Origin: Trueperaceae bacterium
Lineage (GTDB): Bacteria > Deinococcota > Deinococci > Deinococcales > Trueperaceae
DNA length: 64,000 bases
Assembly (NCBI GenBank): GCA_034520945.1
Contig: JAXHNB010000006.1
Coordinates: forward strand, 800,001 to 864,000
Direction: 5' to 3'
The position numbers were made by a program, and so were the translations under genes. The notes under the pieces were generated by a model, which was not told the origin of the DNA, ran no database searches, and worked only from the letters and a program-made list of their open reading frames with translations. This document shows, one piece after another, positions 27,822 to 39,477 of the stretch (its first letter is position 1; every line of letters begins with the position of its first letter).

Positions 27822-29965
27822 CGCGCCCTCGTCAGGCCGTATCGCGCCTCCCAGTCGGCGCGGTGCACCACCCACCACCCGCCGGTTAGGGCGTCGAACG
27901 GCGCCGGTGCCTCCGGCCCGCGGGCCGGCGTCTGCACGGCCTCGGGCGCCAACGCTTCGAACACCACGCGCAGCGCGGCGCGAAGCGCCCGGACCCGCGC
28001 CCACGGCGCCCAGCAGCCGTTCGGCGGGTCCGGGAGCGTGAGGTGCGCCACGCCGCCCGTCACGCGCACGCGCGGCAGGGTCGGCCAGTCGGCCGTGAAC
28101 GTCAGCCCGCCCTGGTCGTTGCGATCCGCCTCCAGGCACAGGGGCGGCTCCAGCGCACGATGCCGTGGCGCGGGGGCTGGAAGTCGCGCGTCGTACGCCC
28201 GCATGCGGGCTTCCATCAGGGCGTGTCGCCGCGCCTCCAGCCGCGTACGCTCCCGGTCGCTGAGGCGTGTCGGGTCCTCCAGCAGCGCGCTCAGCGCGGC
28301 GTCCTCGTCCTCGAGGGCGTGCAGCGACGCCTCCGGGTCGGGGGGACCGGGATCGTGGGCGGCCGTGGCGATCTCGGTCGGCCCTTCCTGCCGCTTGCGC
28401 CCGACACCCCAGCCGTGCACCCCGCCGCGCCACGCGATGAGCGCGCCCTCTTCGAGGCTCCACGCATCGGGACAGACCGCCTCGGCCAGCCGTACGTCGT
28501 GGGTGGCCAGCAGCACCGTCACGCGCGCGTCGCTGAGTGCCTGCTCCAACAGGTCCAGAGCGGGAAGGTCGAGGTCCGCCTCCGGTTCGTCCAGCAGCAC
28601 CACGTCGGGTTCGCGCGCCACCAGCAGCGCCACCGCGGCCCGCGCGCGCTCCCCGCCCGAGAGCGTCGCCGGTTCGCTGCGCGCCTGCGCCGGCGTCAGC
28701 CCCACCAGCGCCAGCAGTTGCGGGATGCGGGGGCGTGGCACCCACCTGTCCAGCTGCGTCTCCAAGGGCGCATCGTCCAGCCCGCGCCCCGCGGCGTCCC
28801 ACAGGTGCATCGTCACCCCGGCCCGCGTGGCGGCTTCGGCGTCGGGCCGTGCCGAGGGACGAACCCCGGCCAGCATCTGAAGCAGCGACGACTTCCCGCT
28901 CCCGTTGGCGCCGATCAGCGCCACCTTGTCGCCCGCTTCGAGCGTCACGGACAGGTCCTCGAACGCGCCCGGCGCGGACAGGTGCCGCGCCCACGCCACG
29001 GGGCCGCGGCGCGCCTCGCTGTCCGACAACCTCCACGCGTGGACCGTGGACGGTTCCGGGTCCGGTGCCGCCCACGCGACCTCGGCGGCGCGCCGCGCCA
29101 GCGTCCGCGCCGAGCCTCGTTGGGCGGGGGAGCCCCACCGCCGCGCGCGTTCCGCGGACGCCCCCAGGCGGGCCGCCTCGCGGGCGGCCTGATGGGCGCG
29201 GCGTTCCGCCCGGCGTCGCTGCACCCCGCGACGGTCGCGGTCGCGGTCGAACGGGAGCGCGACCGGCTCGAGCCGACCGTCCTGCAGGCGAGCGCTGTGC
29301 GTGGATGCCGCACCTAGGAGCGCGCGATCGTGCCCCGCAATGATCATGGCCGTCCGGCTGCGACCGAGTCGGTCCGTCAACCAGCGCCGGGCCGGGAGAT
29401 CCAGCGCGTTGGTCGGCTCGTCCAACAGCAGCAGGTCGGCGCGCTGCGCCAGCGCCGACGCCAGGGCCAGACGCCTGCGTTCGCCCGTGGAGAGCCGTTC
29501 CACCGGCAGGTGGAGACGGGGGTGCGGAAGGAGAATCGCCAGCTCGCGCCGCAGCCTCGGCTCCGCCTCCCAACCGCCCTCCTGCTCGAAGCGTTCCTGC
29601 AACGCCGCATACGCCTCGAGGTCGCCGCGGCCCTGCGCCAGCCTGCGCTCCTCGGCCCGGACCTGCGCCTCTGCCGCCCGAAGGGGGCGCAGGCCGGCAC
29701 ACGCCGCCTCCCACACCGTCTGCCCTGGCGCGAAGCTCGGCACCTGCGGGACGGTGACGATCCGCAGCCCCGGCGCCCTGCGGACGGTGCCGTCCGCCGG
29801 GGCGATCCGGCCCTCCAGCAGCGCCAGCAGCGTCGACTTGCCGGCGCCGTTCGGGCCCCACAGAGCCCAGCGCTCGCCTGCGGCGAGGGTCCAGGTGACG
29901 CCCGCCGCGACCTCGTGAGGGCCGCGGACCAGTCGAACGTCGCGCAGGCGGACGCATTCGTCCAT
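27818..29965 (-). CDS. ABC-F family ATPase with extra C-terminal domain
   Basis: Two ABC domains (GPNGAGKST, LSTGE, LDEPTN; GANGSGKSS, LSGGE, LDEP), no TM segments; ATG 8 nt after TATTCT. Confidence 0.85.
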   Translation of the reverse strand: MDECVRLRDVRLVRGPHEVAAGVTWTLAAGERWALWGPNGAGKSTLLALLEGRIAPADGTVRRAPGLRIVTVPQVPSFAPGQTVWEAACAGLRPLRAAEAQVRAEERRLAQGRGDLEAYAALQERFEQEGGWEAEPRLRRELAILLPHPRLHLPVERLSTGERRRLALASALAQRADLLLLDEPTNALDLPARRWLTDRLGRSRTAMIIAGHDRALLGAASTHSARLQDGRLEPVALPFDRDRDRRGVQRRRAERRAHQAAREAARLGASAERARRWGSPAQRGSARTLARRAAEVAWAAPDPEPSTVHAWRLSDSEARRGPVAWARHLSAPGAFEDLSVTLEAGDKVALIGANGSGKSSLLQMLAGVRPSARPDAEAATRAGVTMHLWDAAGRGLDDAPLETQLDRWVPRPRIPQLLALVGLTPAQARSEPATLSGGERARAAVALLVAREPDVVLLDEPEADLDLPALDLLEQALSDARVTVLLATHDVRLAEAVCPDAWSLEEGALIAWRGGVHGWGVGRKRQEGPTEIATAAHDPGPPDPEASLHALEDEDAALSALLEDPTRLSDRERTRLEARRHALMEARMRAYDARLPAPAPRHRALEPPLCLEADRNDQGGLTFTADWPTLPRVRVTGGVAHLTLPDPPNGCWAPWARVRALRAALRVVFEALAPEAVQTPARGPEAPAPFDALTGGWWVVHRADWEARYGLTRAR

Positions 29966-30063
29966 CGCCGCCGAGAATACGCCGGGCGCCCGCGTCCGGA
30001 CGGCCGCGCAGCGCACGCGCGGCGCGTGCGGGGCGGCCGGCGCGCGTCCCGTATGCTCGGCCC

Positions 30064-31482
30064 ATGGCCACTGTGATCATCGACCCCGAACGCGTGGCGC
30101 GATCCAACGAAGCCCCCGTTCGCAGCGACGGAGCGTACGTCCTGTATTGGGTGGAGCGCGCGCAGCGAGCGGAGGACAACCCGGCGTTGGAACACGCGAT
30201 CCGGACCGCCAACGCCCTGGGCCTGCCGGTCCTCGTGACCGTGGCGCTGAGCCACGCGGAACCGGACCTGAACCCACGCCACGCGGCGTACATGGTGGCG
30301 GGCCTGGCCGACGTGGCCACCGGTCTCAGGAGGCGGGGCGTGGCGTTCGCGCCGCGTTTCGGCGATCCGCCCGACGTGGTCCTAAGGTTGGCGCGCGACG
30401 CCGCCATGGTGGTGTGCGATCGGGGGTACCTCCGGCACCAGCGTGCCTGGTGCCGCCGTGTGGCGGCCGCGTCGCCGGTGCGGGTGGAGCGCGTCGAAGC
30501 GGACGTCGTCGTTCCTGCCGATGCGGCCGACGACGGGCGCGCGTACGCCGCCCGTACGTTTCGCCCCAAGATTTGGCGGCAGGTGCCGCGGTTTCTGCAC
30601 GAACTGGCGCCCACCCCGGCGGCGCGGCGCGAGCCGGATCTGACGCTCGAGGATCCGCACGCCTCGTTCGATCCGCGCGACGTCGCCGGCACGCTGGCGC
30701 GGTGGGGCGTCCAAGGCCCCGTGCCCCCCGTCCGGGACGCCCAATCCGGCACCAAGGCGGCCAAGCGGGCCCTGCGTCATTTCGTCCGCGAGCGCTTGGC
30801 TCGCTACGCCGAAGACCGCAACCAGCCCTCTCGTGAGGGCCCGTCGGGGTTGTCGGCCGCGCTGCGGTACGGGCACGTGTCGCCGGTCACGGTGGCCCTG
30901 TGGGCCCGCGAGGCTGCGCCTGAGGGCGCGACGTTGGAGGCGTTCCTGGAGCAGCTGATCACCCGGCGGGAACTGGCCGTGAACTTCGTGCTCCACGCGG
31001 AGGACGACTACGACCGGTACGCGTCCCTTCCACGATGGGCACGCGCGACGTTGGACGCGCATCGGGGCGATGCGCGCCCCGCATTGCCGGACGACGTTGC
31101 CTTGGAGAATGCCGAAACGGACGACCCGTACTGGAATGCCGCCATGAGCGAGATGCGCGCCACGGGTTACATGCACGGGCATATGCGGATGTACTGGGGC
31201 AAGCGGATCCTGGCGTGGAGCCGGACGCCCGAGGAGGGCTTCGCCCGCACCCTGGCGCTGAACGACCGCTGGTTCCTCGACGGTCGTGACCCGAACGGGG
31301 TCGCCAATGTGGCGTGGTGCTACGGGCTGCACGATCGACCGTGGCCCGAGCGGCCGATCTTCGGCACGGTCCGAACCATGACGCCTGCGGGCCTGCGCCG
31401 CAAGACCGATCCCGAGGCGTACCTTCGCAAGGTCGCGCGCCTGGCCGGGGGCGACGACGCGGGGACGGGGCCCTGGACGTAG
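30064..31482 (+). CDS. phr: Class II CPD DNA photolyase
   Basis: VLYW....QRAEDNPAL, ARTFRPKI, SGLS..LRYG, FLEQLITRREL, GYMHGHMRMYWGK, LDGRDPNG, HDRPW.ERPIFG. Confidence 0.92.
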   Translation: MATVIIDPERVARSNEAPVRSDGAYVLYWVERAQRAEDNPALEHAIRTANALGLPVLVTVALSHAEPDLNPRHAAYMVAGLADVATGLRRRGVAFAPRFGDPPDVVLRLARDAAMVVCDRGYLRHQRAWCRRVAAASPVRVERVEADVVVPADAADDGRAYAARTFRPKIWRQVPRFLHELAPTPAARREPDLTLEDPHASFDPRDVAGTLARWGVQGPVPPVRDAQSGTKAAKRALRHFVRERLARYAEDRNQPSREGPSGLSAALRYGHVSPVTVALWAREAAPEGATLEAFLEQLITRRELAVNFVLHAEDDYDRYASLPRWARATLDAHRGDARPALPDDVALENAETDDPYWNAAMSEMRATGYMHGHMRMYWGKRILAWSRTPEEGFARTLALNDRWFLDGRDPNGVANVAWCYGLHDRPWPERPIFGTVRTMTPAGLRRKTDPEAYLRKVARLAGGDDAGTGPWT

Positions 31483-31514
31483 CCGCGGGCCAGGGAAGGG
31501 TAGACTTTGCGGCC

Positions 31515-31880
31515 ATGAAGCGGTTCACCGTTCGCGGGGCCAACCAGGGGTTCACCTGCGTCGAATGCGGCGCGGGGGTGCGGCCGTTGGCCAACGGCTC
31601 GGTGCGCAACCACTGCCCGCACTGTCTCCATTCGCTGCACGTCGACGTAGGTCCCGGCGATCGCGGCAGCGACTGCGGTGGCGTGCTGGAACCGATCGGG
31701 GTCGAACCGGGTGGCAAGGGCGACTGGACCCTGGTGCATCGCTGCCGCCGGTGCGGCGCGGTCCGGCGCAACCGTGCCGCTCTGGACGACCCACAGCAAC
31801 CGGACGACTACGAACGGATCGTGCAGCTGACCACCCAGGTGGCGACGCCGGGCCGCACGGTCGGACGCAGATCGCAGTGA
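31515..31880 (+). CDS. RNHCP domain zinc-binding protein
   Basis: FTCVECG...RNHCPHCLHSLHVD..PGDR...CGG...HRCRRCG...N; leaderless after TAGACT. Confidence 0.9.
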   Translation: MKRFTVRGANQGFTCVECGAGVRPLANGSVRNHCPHCLHSLHVDVGPGDRGSDCGGVLEPIGVEPGGKGDWTLVHRCRRCGAVRRNRAALDDPQQPDDYERIVQLTTQVATPGRTVGRRSQ

Positions 31881-33496
31881 GTCCCACCGCCCCCAGGCCG
31901 GCCAGCGAGGTGGATCCGAGCTTCGATCCCCTGCGCGACCGCGTGTTCGTGAACGGGCACGTGGTCACCCTGGACGAGGAACGCCCGACGGCCTCGGCGC
32001 TGGCGGTACGTGGGGGCCGGATTCTGGCGGTCGGCGGCCACGACGAGGTCCTGGCCGCCGCAGGGCGGGACGCTGAACGCGTGGACCTCGCCGGCCGGAC
32101 GCTGCTCCCGGGGTTCCACGACGCGCACGTGCACCTCACCATGCACGGCTTCTCGCTGACGCAGGTGCCGCTGGGGGGCACCCGGAGCCTGGCGGAGGCG
32201 GTGGCACGCGTCCGCGCCCGCGCGGCGGAGCTTCCTCTTGGTCGATGGATCGTGGGCAACGGCTTCGCGCTGCAACGGTGGGGCACGCGGTCCCCCGACC
32301 GGGCGGCGCTGGACGAGGCCGCGCCCGACCATCCCGTGCTGCTACGCTCGCAGGATCACCACAGTGGGCTGGCCAACGCCCGGGCGCTGCAGGAGGCGAC
32401 GGTGGGGGCCGACACGCCCGACCCCGCGGGCGGCACCTTCGAACGGCGAGCCGACGGCACGCCCAGCGGGCTCCTCCTGGAACGGGCGGTCGACCGTGTC
32501 GCCGGCGCCATGCCCGAGCCCATGCCCGCCGCGTTCGAGGAGGCCTTGCGGGCGGGCGGTCGGCACCTGGCCTCGCTCGGCGTCACCACCGTGCACCACA
32601 TGGCGTACGAACCGGCCAGCCACTGGCGGGCGCTGGCGGCGCTCGCCAGCTGCGAGGACTTCCCCGTGCGGGTGTGGGCCTGCCTCCCGCAGGAACGCAT
32701 CGAGGAGGCCCGCGCGATCGGCGTGGCCACGGGGCAGGGCGGACGTCGCTTCACGGTCGGGGGGGCGAAGTTCTTCGTCGACGGGGCCCTGGGCAGCCTG
32801 TCCGCCTGGATGGATGCCCCCTACGGCGGCACCGATTCGACGGGCATCATCTTGGACGGTCCGGAGGCGCTACGTGAACGCGTTCCGTTGGCGATCCGGG
32901 CGGGGCTGACGCCGGTCGCGCATGCGATCGGGGACGCCGCCGTCGGCGCCTTGGTCGACGTGCTGGACGATACGGCCGCCCTCTGGCGCGCAGCGGGGTT
33001 GCGTCCGAGGATCGAGCACGCCCAGCACGTACGCTTAGGCGACGTCGCGCGCATCGGGCGCCTCGGCCTGGTGGCGTCGATGCAGCCCCTCCACCTGACC
33101 TTCGACGCGCCCACCATCCGGGAACGGTTGGCCGATCGCGAGGACCGCGCCTACCCGGTGCGCGGTCTCCTGGATGCCGGGGCGCGCGTGGCGTTCGGGA
33201 GCGACACGCCGGTCGCGCCCCCCGACGTGATCGACTCCTTGCGGGCCGCCGTGACGCGCCGTGGCATGCACGACCTGGTGATCGCACCGCAGCACGCCGT
33301 CACGCCCGAGGAGGCGGTTTGGGCGTACACGCGAGGCGCCGCCGCCGCGATCCAGCGCGAGGGCACGTCGGGGGTGCTCAGACGCGGGGCGGACGCCGAC
33401 CTGGTGGCGATGACGGCCGACCCCACCCGCGCGTTGCCGGACGATCTCGCGGTGGGGTTCACCGCGGTGGGGGGCCGGTTCACCTACCGCGCCTGA
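31877..33496 (+). CDS. Amidohydrolase family 3 (YtcJ-like)
   Basis: PGFHDAHVH, KFFVDGALGS, HAIGD, RIEHAQ, FGSD.PV; GTGA overlap. Confidence 0.9.
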   Translation: MSPTAPRPASEVDPSFDPLRDRVFVNGHVVTLDEERPTASALAVRGGRILAVGGHDEVLAAAGRDAERVDLAGRTLLPGFHDAHVHLTMHGFSLTQVPLGGTRSLAEAVARVRARAAELPLGRWIVGNGFALQRWGTRSPDRAALDEAAPDHPVLLRSQDHHSGLANARALQEATVGADTPDPAGGTFERRADGTPSGLLLERAVDRVAGAMPEPMPAAFEEALRAGGRHLASLGVTTVHHMAYEPASHWRALAALASCEDFPVRVWACLPQERIEEARAIGVATGQGGRRFTVGGAKFFVDGALGSLSAWMDAPYGGTDSTGIILDGPEALRERVPLAIRAGLTPVAHAIGDAAVGALVDVLDDTAALWRAAGLRPRIEHAQHVRLGDVARIGRLGLVASMQPLHLTFDAPTIRERLADREDRAYPVRGLLDAGARVAFGSDTPVAPPDVIDSLRAAVTRRGMHDLVIAPQHAVTPEEAVWAYTRGAAAAIQREGTSGVLRRGADADLVAMTADPTRALPDDLAVGFTAVGGRFTYRA

Positions 33497-33518
33497 GCCC
33501 GGCGGCCCCGGCCCGGCC

Positions 33519-34208
33519 TCACGCGCCCACGCGCAGTTCGGGCACGCGGCCGCCCGGCCGGCGTCCGCTCAGGAACCATGCCGCCTCGGCCAGCGCGCCG
33601 GGATCGATCCAGCTGCTCGGGTCCGCGTTCGGCATCGCCTCGCGATTGCCGGGCGTGTCGACGACGCCGCCGGGGATCAGCAGGGACACGGACAGGCCCT
33701 TCGGCTCCAACTCGGCGCGGACCGAGCGCAGGTACCCCTCCAGCGCGGCCTTGGCGGCGGCGTAGCCGACCAGGCGCGCCCCGCCGGTGGCGGCCACGCC
33801 GGCGGAGGTGCCCAGGACGGCGCCGGCGCCGCGATCCAGCATGCCGGGCAGGACGGCCGTGGTCATGTTCACGGCGGTGCGGAGGTTCAGGTCGAGCTGG
33901 TCGTCGAGCTGCGCCGGTTCGAACGATACCGCCTCGTGCATGGCGAACCCTCCGGCCATGTTGACCAAGGCGTCCACCTGGCCGAACGTCTGCTCCGCGC
34001 GCGCAGCGACCTCGCGGCAGGCGGCGGGATCTCGCAGGTCGGCCGTCACCACCTCGTCCTCCGGGAACGCCTGGCGTAGCGCACCAGGGTCGGCGCGGAC
34101 GGGAAGCACCAGCCGGCAGCCGCGGGCGCGGAAGGCGTCGGCCACCACCCGGCCGATGTCGCCGCTGGCGCCGGTCACGATGGCGGTTCGGGGAAACGGG
34201 TCGGACAT
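33519..34208 (-). CDS. Short-chain dehydrogenase/reductase
   Basis: TGASGDIG, VNMAGGF, YAAAK, DTPGNREAMP; GGAGG SD. Confidence 0.88.
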   Translation of the reverse strand: MSDPFPRTAIVTGASGDIGRVVADAFRARGCRLVLPVRADPGALRQAFPEDEVVTADLRDPAACREVAARAEQTFGQVDALVNMAGGFAMHEAVSFEPAQLDDQLDLNLRTAVNMTTAVLPGMLDRGAGAVLGTSAGVAATGGARLVGYAAAKAALEGYLRSVRAELEPKGLSVSLLIPGGVVDTPGNREAMPNADPSSWIDPGALAEAAWFLSGRRPGGRVPELRVGA

Positions 34209-34297
34209 GGGGCCTCCTCTTCCTTCGACGGCGGCGCCACGCAGTGTGGTCACGCCTCGAACGGCTCAGCGTACCGCCCGTGCGCTATGATTCGGGC

Positions 34298-35551
34298 ATG
34301 ACCCAAGCCGTCCAGGACGTCGACCTTTCGAACACGTTGGCTCGCGCACGAGAGGCGCAGGCGCACCTGGCGGACGGCCCGCGGGACGCGGGGCTGTCAC
34401 GGATCGCCGCCGCGTTGCGCGACGCCCGCGACGAGATCCTCCGCGCCAACGCGTCGGACGTCGCGGCGGAGCGGCGTCGCGGCACGCCCGAGGCGCGGAT
34501 CGACCGTCTGCAGCTGGACGCCGAACGGGTCGAGGGGATCGCCCGCGCCTGCGAGCAGGTGGCGGCCCTGCCCGATCCGCTGCACCGCGTGCGGGCTGGC
34601 TGGCGCCTCGACGCCGGTCCCGACGTGCGTGAGGTGACGGTGCCGTTCGGCGTGATCGGCATCGTGTACGAGTCGCGGCCCAACGTCACCGTCGATGCGG
34701 CCAGCTTGGCGTTGAAGGCGGGAAGCGCCTGTGTGCTTCGCGGAAGCGCGTCGGCGCTGGCCAGCAACCGGGCGTTGGTGGACGCGATGCGTCGCGGCCT
34801 AGACGCCGCCGGGCTGCCGCAAGACGCGGTGCAGTTGATCGACAGCCCCGACCGGGAACTGGTGGGGACGCTGCTGGCGGCGCGGGGCCAGGTCGACCTG
34901 GTGATCCCGCGCGGCGGGGCGTCGTTGATCGACTACGTGACGCGGACGGCGCAGGTCCCGGTGATCGAGACGGGGGTCGGCAACTGCCACGTCTACGTGC
35001 ACGAGGCGGCCGATTTGGACAAGGCGTTGCGGATCGCCCACAACGCCAAGGTGCAGCGTCCGGGGGTGTGCAACGCCGCGGAGACGCTTCTGGTGGACGA
35101 GGCCGTGGCGGCGTCGTTCCTGCCGCGGCTGCTGCCCGCCCTGCAGGCCGACGGGGTCGAGGTTCGCGGCTGTGCGCGCACGCGCGCCCTGGTCGACGTC
35201 GCGGAAGCGACGGACGAGGACTGGGACGAGGAGTTCCTCGACCTTGTGCTGGCGGTGCGCGTCGTCGGCGGCATGGAGGACGCGCTGGCGCACGTGGCGC
35301 GCCACGGGACCGGGCACAGCGAGGCGATCGTGACGCAGGACCGGGCGGCGGCACGGCGCTTTCAGGCGCGCGTGGACGCTGCGGCGGTGTACGTCAACGC
35401 CTCGACGCGCTTCACCGATGGGTTCGTGTTCGGCTTTGGGGCGGAAATCGGCATCAGTACGCAAAAGTTGCATGCGCGTGGGCCGATGGGGTTGGCGCAG
35501 TTGGTGACGACGAAGTACCTGGTCGACGGCGACGGAGAGATCCGCGACTGA
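34298..35551 (+). CDS. proA: Gamma-glutamyl phosphate reductase
   Basis: VPFGVIGIVYESRPNVT, IPRGG, GVGNCH, CNAAETLL, NASTRFTDG, ISTQKLHARGPMG; leaderless after TATGAT. Confidence 0.96.
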   Translation: MTQAVQDVDLSNTLARAREAQAHLADGPRDAGLSRIAAALRDARDEILRANASDVAAERRRGTPEARIDRLQLDAERVEGIARACEQVAALPDPLHRVRAGWRLDAGPDVREVTVPFGVIGIVYESRPNVTVDAASLALKAGSACVLRGSASALASNRALVDAMRRGLDAAGLPQDAVQLIDSPDRELVGTLLAARGQVDLVIPRGGASLIDYVTRTAQVPVIETGVGNCHVYVHEAADLDKALRIAHNAKVQRPGVCNAAETLLVDEAVAASFLPRLLPALQADGVEVRGCARTRALVDVAEATDEDWDEEFLDLVLAVRVVGGMEDALAHVARHGTGHSEAIVTQDRAAARRFQARVDAAAVYVNASTRFTDGFVFGFGAEIGISTQKLHARGPMGLAQLVTTKYLVDGDGEIRD

Positions 35552-35620
35552 CGCCGCGGCACCCTCGATCGGAGTGGGGGTACGCGCGGCATTCGTCCCC
35601 TCCTGGACGGGATTCGTGGT

Positions 35621-35650
35621 TTGACGCAGGGGGCGCCGGCGGGGTATGAT
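35621..35650 (+). promoter_or_regulatory. Sigma-A type promoter of gyrB
   Basis: TTGACG-18 nt-TATGAT. Confidence 0.7.
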
Positions 35651-35719
35651 GACGGGGTTCGCGGGCGGCCTGCAGGGCCCGCCCGCCCCCGCTCGTCACG
35701 ACACCACGGTTCGACGTAG

Positions 35720-37708
<1,989 letters not shown>

Positions 37709-37748
37709 CGCAAGGCGGGAACGGCCGCCGTCGGTGGGTGGCGGGCCC

Positions 37749-38714
37749 CTACGGGCGCCGCGCCAGCTGCGGCGCGTCCCGCCCCTCCAGCACCGCGACC
37801 ACGGCGTCTGCCGCGACGCGCGCCATCTCGGTCCGAACGTCCACGGTCGCCGACCCGAGGTGCGGCGTCAGGACCGCGTTCGGCAGGTCGGTCAAGCCCG
37901 GATGGATCGACGGCTCGTGCTCGAAGACGTCCAGGCCGGCCCCCCGTAGCCGGCCGGCCTGCAATGCCTCGACCAGGGCCGCTTCGTCGACGATCTCGCC
38001 CCGCGCGGTGTTGATCAGGATCGCGCTTCGCTTCATGCGTGCCAAGGCCGCGCCGTCGATCATGTGACGCGTGTCGTCGGTCAACGGGCAGTGCAGACTG
38101 ACGACGTCGGAGGCGCCCAGCAAGGCGTCGATCTCCAGGCGGCGGGCGCCCAGCACGTCCTCGGCGCGTGGCGCGTCCGACCGGCCCGCGTACACGATCT
38201 CCATGCCGAAGGCACGCGCCCGGCGTGCCGTCGCTTCGCCGATCCGGCCCAGCCCGATCACGCCGAACGTGCGCCCGTGCAGCGACGTGCCCAACAGTTG
38301 CAGGGGCTGCCAGCCGGTCCAACGGTCGGAGGACGCCAGGCGATGCCCCTCCACTACCCGCCGCGCGACCGCCAACAGGAGGGCGAACGCCAGGTCCGCC
38401 GTCGCCTCGGTCAACACGCCGGGGGTGTGCGCCACGGCCACGCCCCGGCGCGTACAGGCGTCCAGGTCGACATTGTCCAGGCCCACCGCGTAGTTGGCCA
38501 CCACCTGCAGCTGTGGCCCCGCGGCGTCCAGGAACGCGTCGTCGACGCGGTCGGACAGGAGCGTAATCACCGCGTCGGCCCCCGCCACCAGCGCCAGCAA
38601 CTCGCCGCGCGACGGGGCCTCGTCGGCGTCGTGCACCTCGCAGCGGTACCCGGCCGAGCGGAGCGGCTCCAGGCCGCCCTCCGGCAGTCGGCGCGTGATC
38701 GCGACGTGGGGCAT
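37749..38714 (-). CDS. D-2-hydroxyacid dehydrogenase (glyoxylate/hydroxypyruvate reductase type)
   Basis: AVGLDNVD, TPGVLTEATAD, GLGRIG, INTARG, LDVFEHEP, TPHLGSAT. Confidence 0.92.
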   Translation of the reverse strand: MPHVAITRRLPEGGLEPLRSAGYRCEVHDADEAPSRGELLALVAGADAVITLLSDRVDDAFLDAAGPQLQVVANYAVGLDNVDLDACTRRGVAVAHTPGVLTEATADLAFALLLAVARRVVEGHRLASSDRWTGWQPLQLLGTSLHGRTFGVIGLGRIGEATARRARAFGMEIVYAGRSDAPRAEDVLGARRLEIDALLGASDVVSLHCPLTDDTRHMIDGAALARMKRSAILINTARGEIVDEAALVEALQAGRLRGAGLDVFEHEPSIHPGLTDLPNAVLTPHLGSATVDVRTEMARVAADAVVAVLEGRDAPQLARRP

Positions 38715-38715
38715 C

Positions 38716-39477
38716 CTAGTCGAGCTCGGGCCGGAGCTCCAGCACCTCCGTGGGGGCCAGCCCCTCCTCGGCGGCCGCCGCTACCTCGTCGGCGCGGATC
38801 GGCTCGAATTCGCCAGGAAGCTCGGCCTCGTTGCCCCAGTCGGTCAGCACGTGGTTCAGCACGGCCGCGATCTCGGCGTCGGAAAGCTGCTGCCAGCTCG
38901 GCATCAGCCCGGCGTAGGTTTGGCCTTGCACCTCGATGGAGCCCTGGACCCCGAACACGACCGCACGAATCAGGTAGGCGCGCCCACCGTCAGCGGCCAG
39001 CACCTCGGGGGCGTGCCCGTTCGCCAGCGGCGGAAAGGCGCCGGGCACGCCAGCACCGGAAGCCTGATGGCAGGCCGCGCAGTTGGCGGCGTAGACCGCC
39101 GCGCCGTCCGCCTCGGACGCGTCCGCGGCGGGCCCGTCCTCTCCCTCTTCAGCGTCGGCGGCCGCGCCGTCCAGCTCCGTGCCGACGTGGGTGAGTTCGA
39201 GGTCCACACCCCGTTCGGCGACGAGATCGATGGCGTGATCGATGTCGATGCGGGCACGCGTGTCGCCGACGACCTCGTACCCGTCCAGCTTTTCAGCGGC
39301 GGCGGTGACGGTGTCGCGATGCTGCTGGTCGGCGGCGGGCCGTAGGGCCCCTTGAGGTCGCGACGTGGCGAGGACCAGCAGCAGCACCAGCAGGCCGACC
39401 ATGCCGATCGCGCTGGCCGCGAAGGCGAAACGAACCTGCGCCGTGGTGAACAGAGCGCTGTCATTGCGGTCAGGCAT
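38716..39477 (-). CDS. ActG-like membrane anchor fused to a Thermus-type monoheme cytochrome c552 domain
   Basis: One TM helix; LDGYEVVGDTRARIDIDHAIDLVA (ActG-like); acidic linker; CAACHQ..G.GVPGAFPPLA..H..EVLA..GGR.YL...LMPSW. Confidence 0.75.
   Translation of the reverse strand: MPDRNDSALFTTAQVRFAFAASAIGMVGLLVLLLVLATSRPQGALRPAADQQHRDTVTAAAEKLDGYEVVGDTRARIDIDHAIDLVAERGVDLELTHVGTELDGAAADAEEGEDGPAADASEADGAAVYAANCAACHQASGAGVPGAFPPLANGHAPEVLAADGGRAYLIRAVVFGVQGSIEVQGQTYAGLMPSWQQLSDAEIAAVLNHVLTDWGNEAELPGEFEPIRADEVAAAAEEGLAPTEVLELRPELD

Noticed and set aside
26835..30764. 1309-aa ORF and other very long ORFs (e.g. 53186-56398, 22393-24795, 50041-52215)
   Set aside because: Arg/Ala/Pro-rich shadow frames of real genes in stop-poor GC-rich DNA; only the last 328 codons of the 1309-aa ORF look like a real protein.
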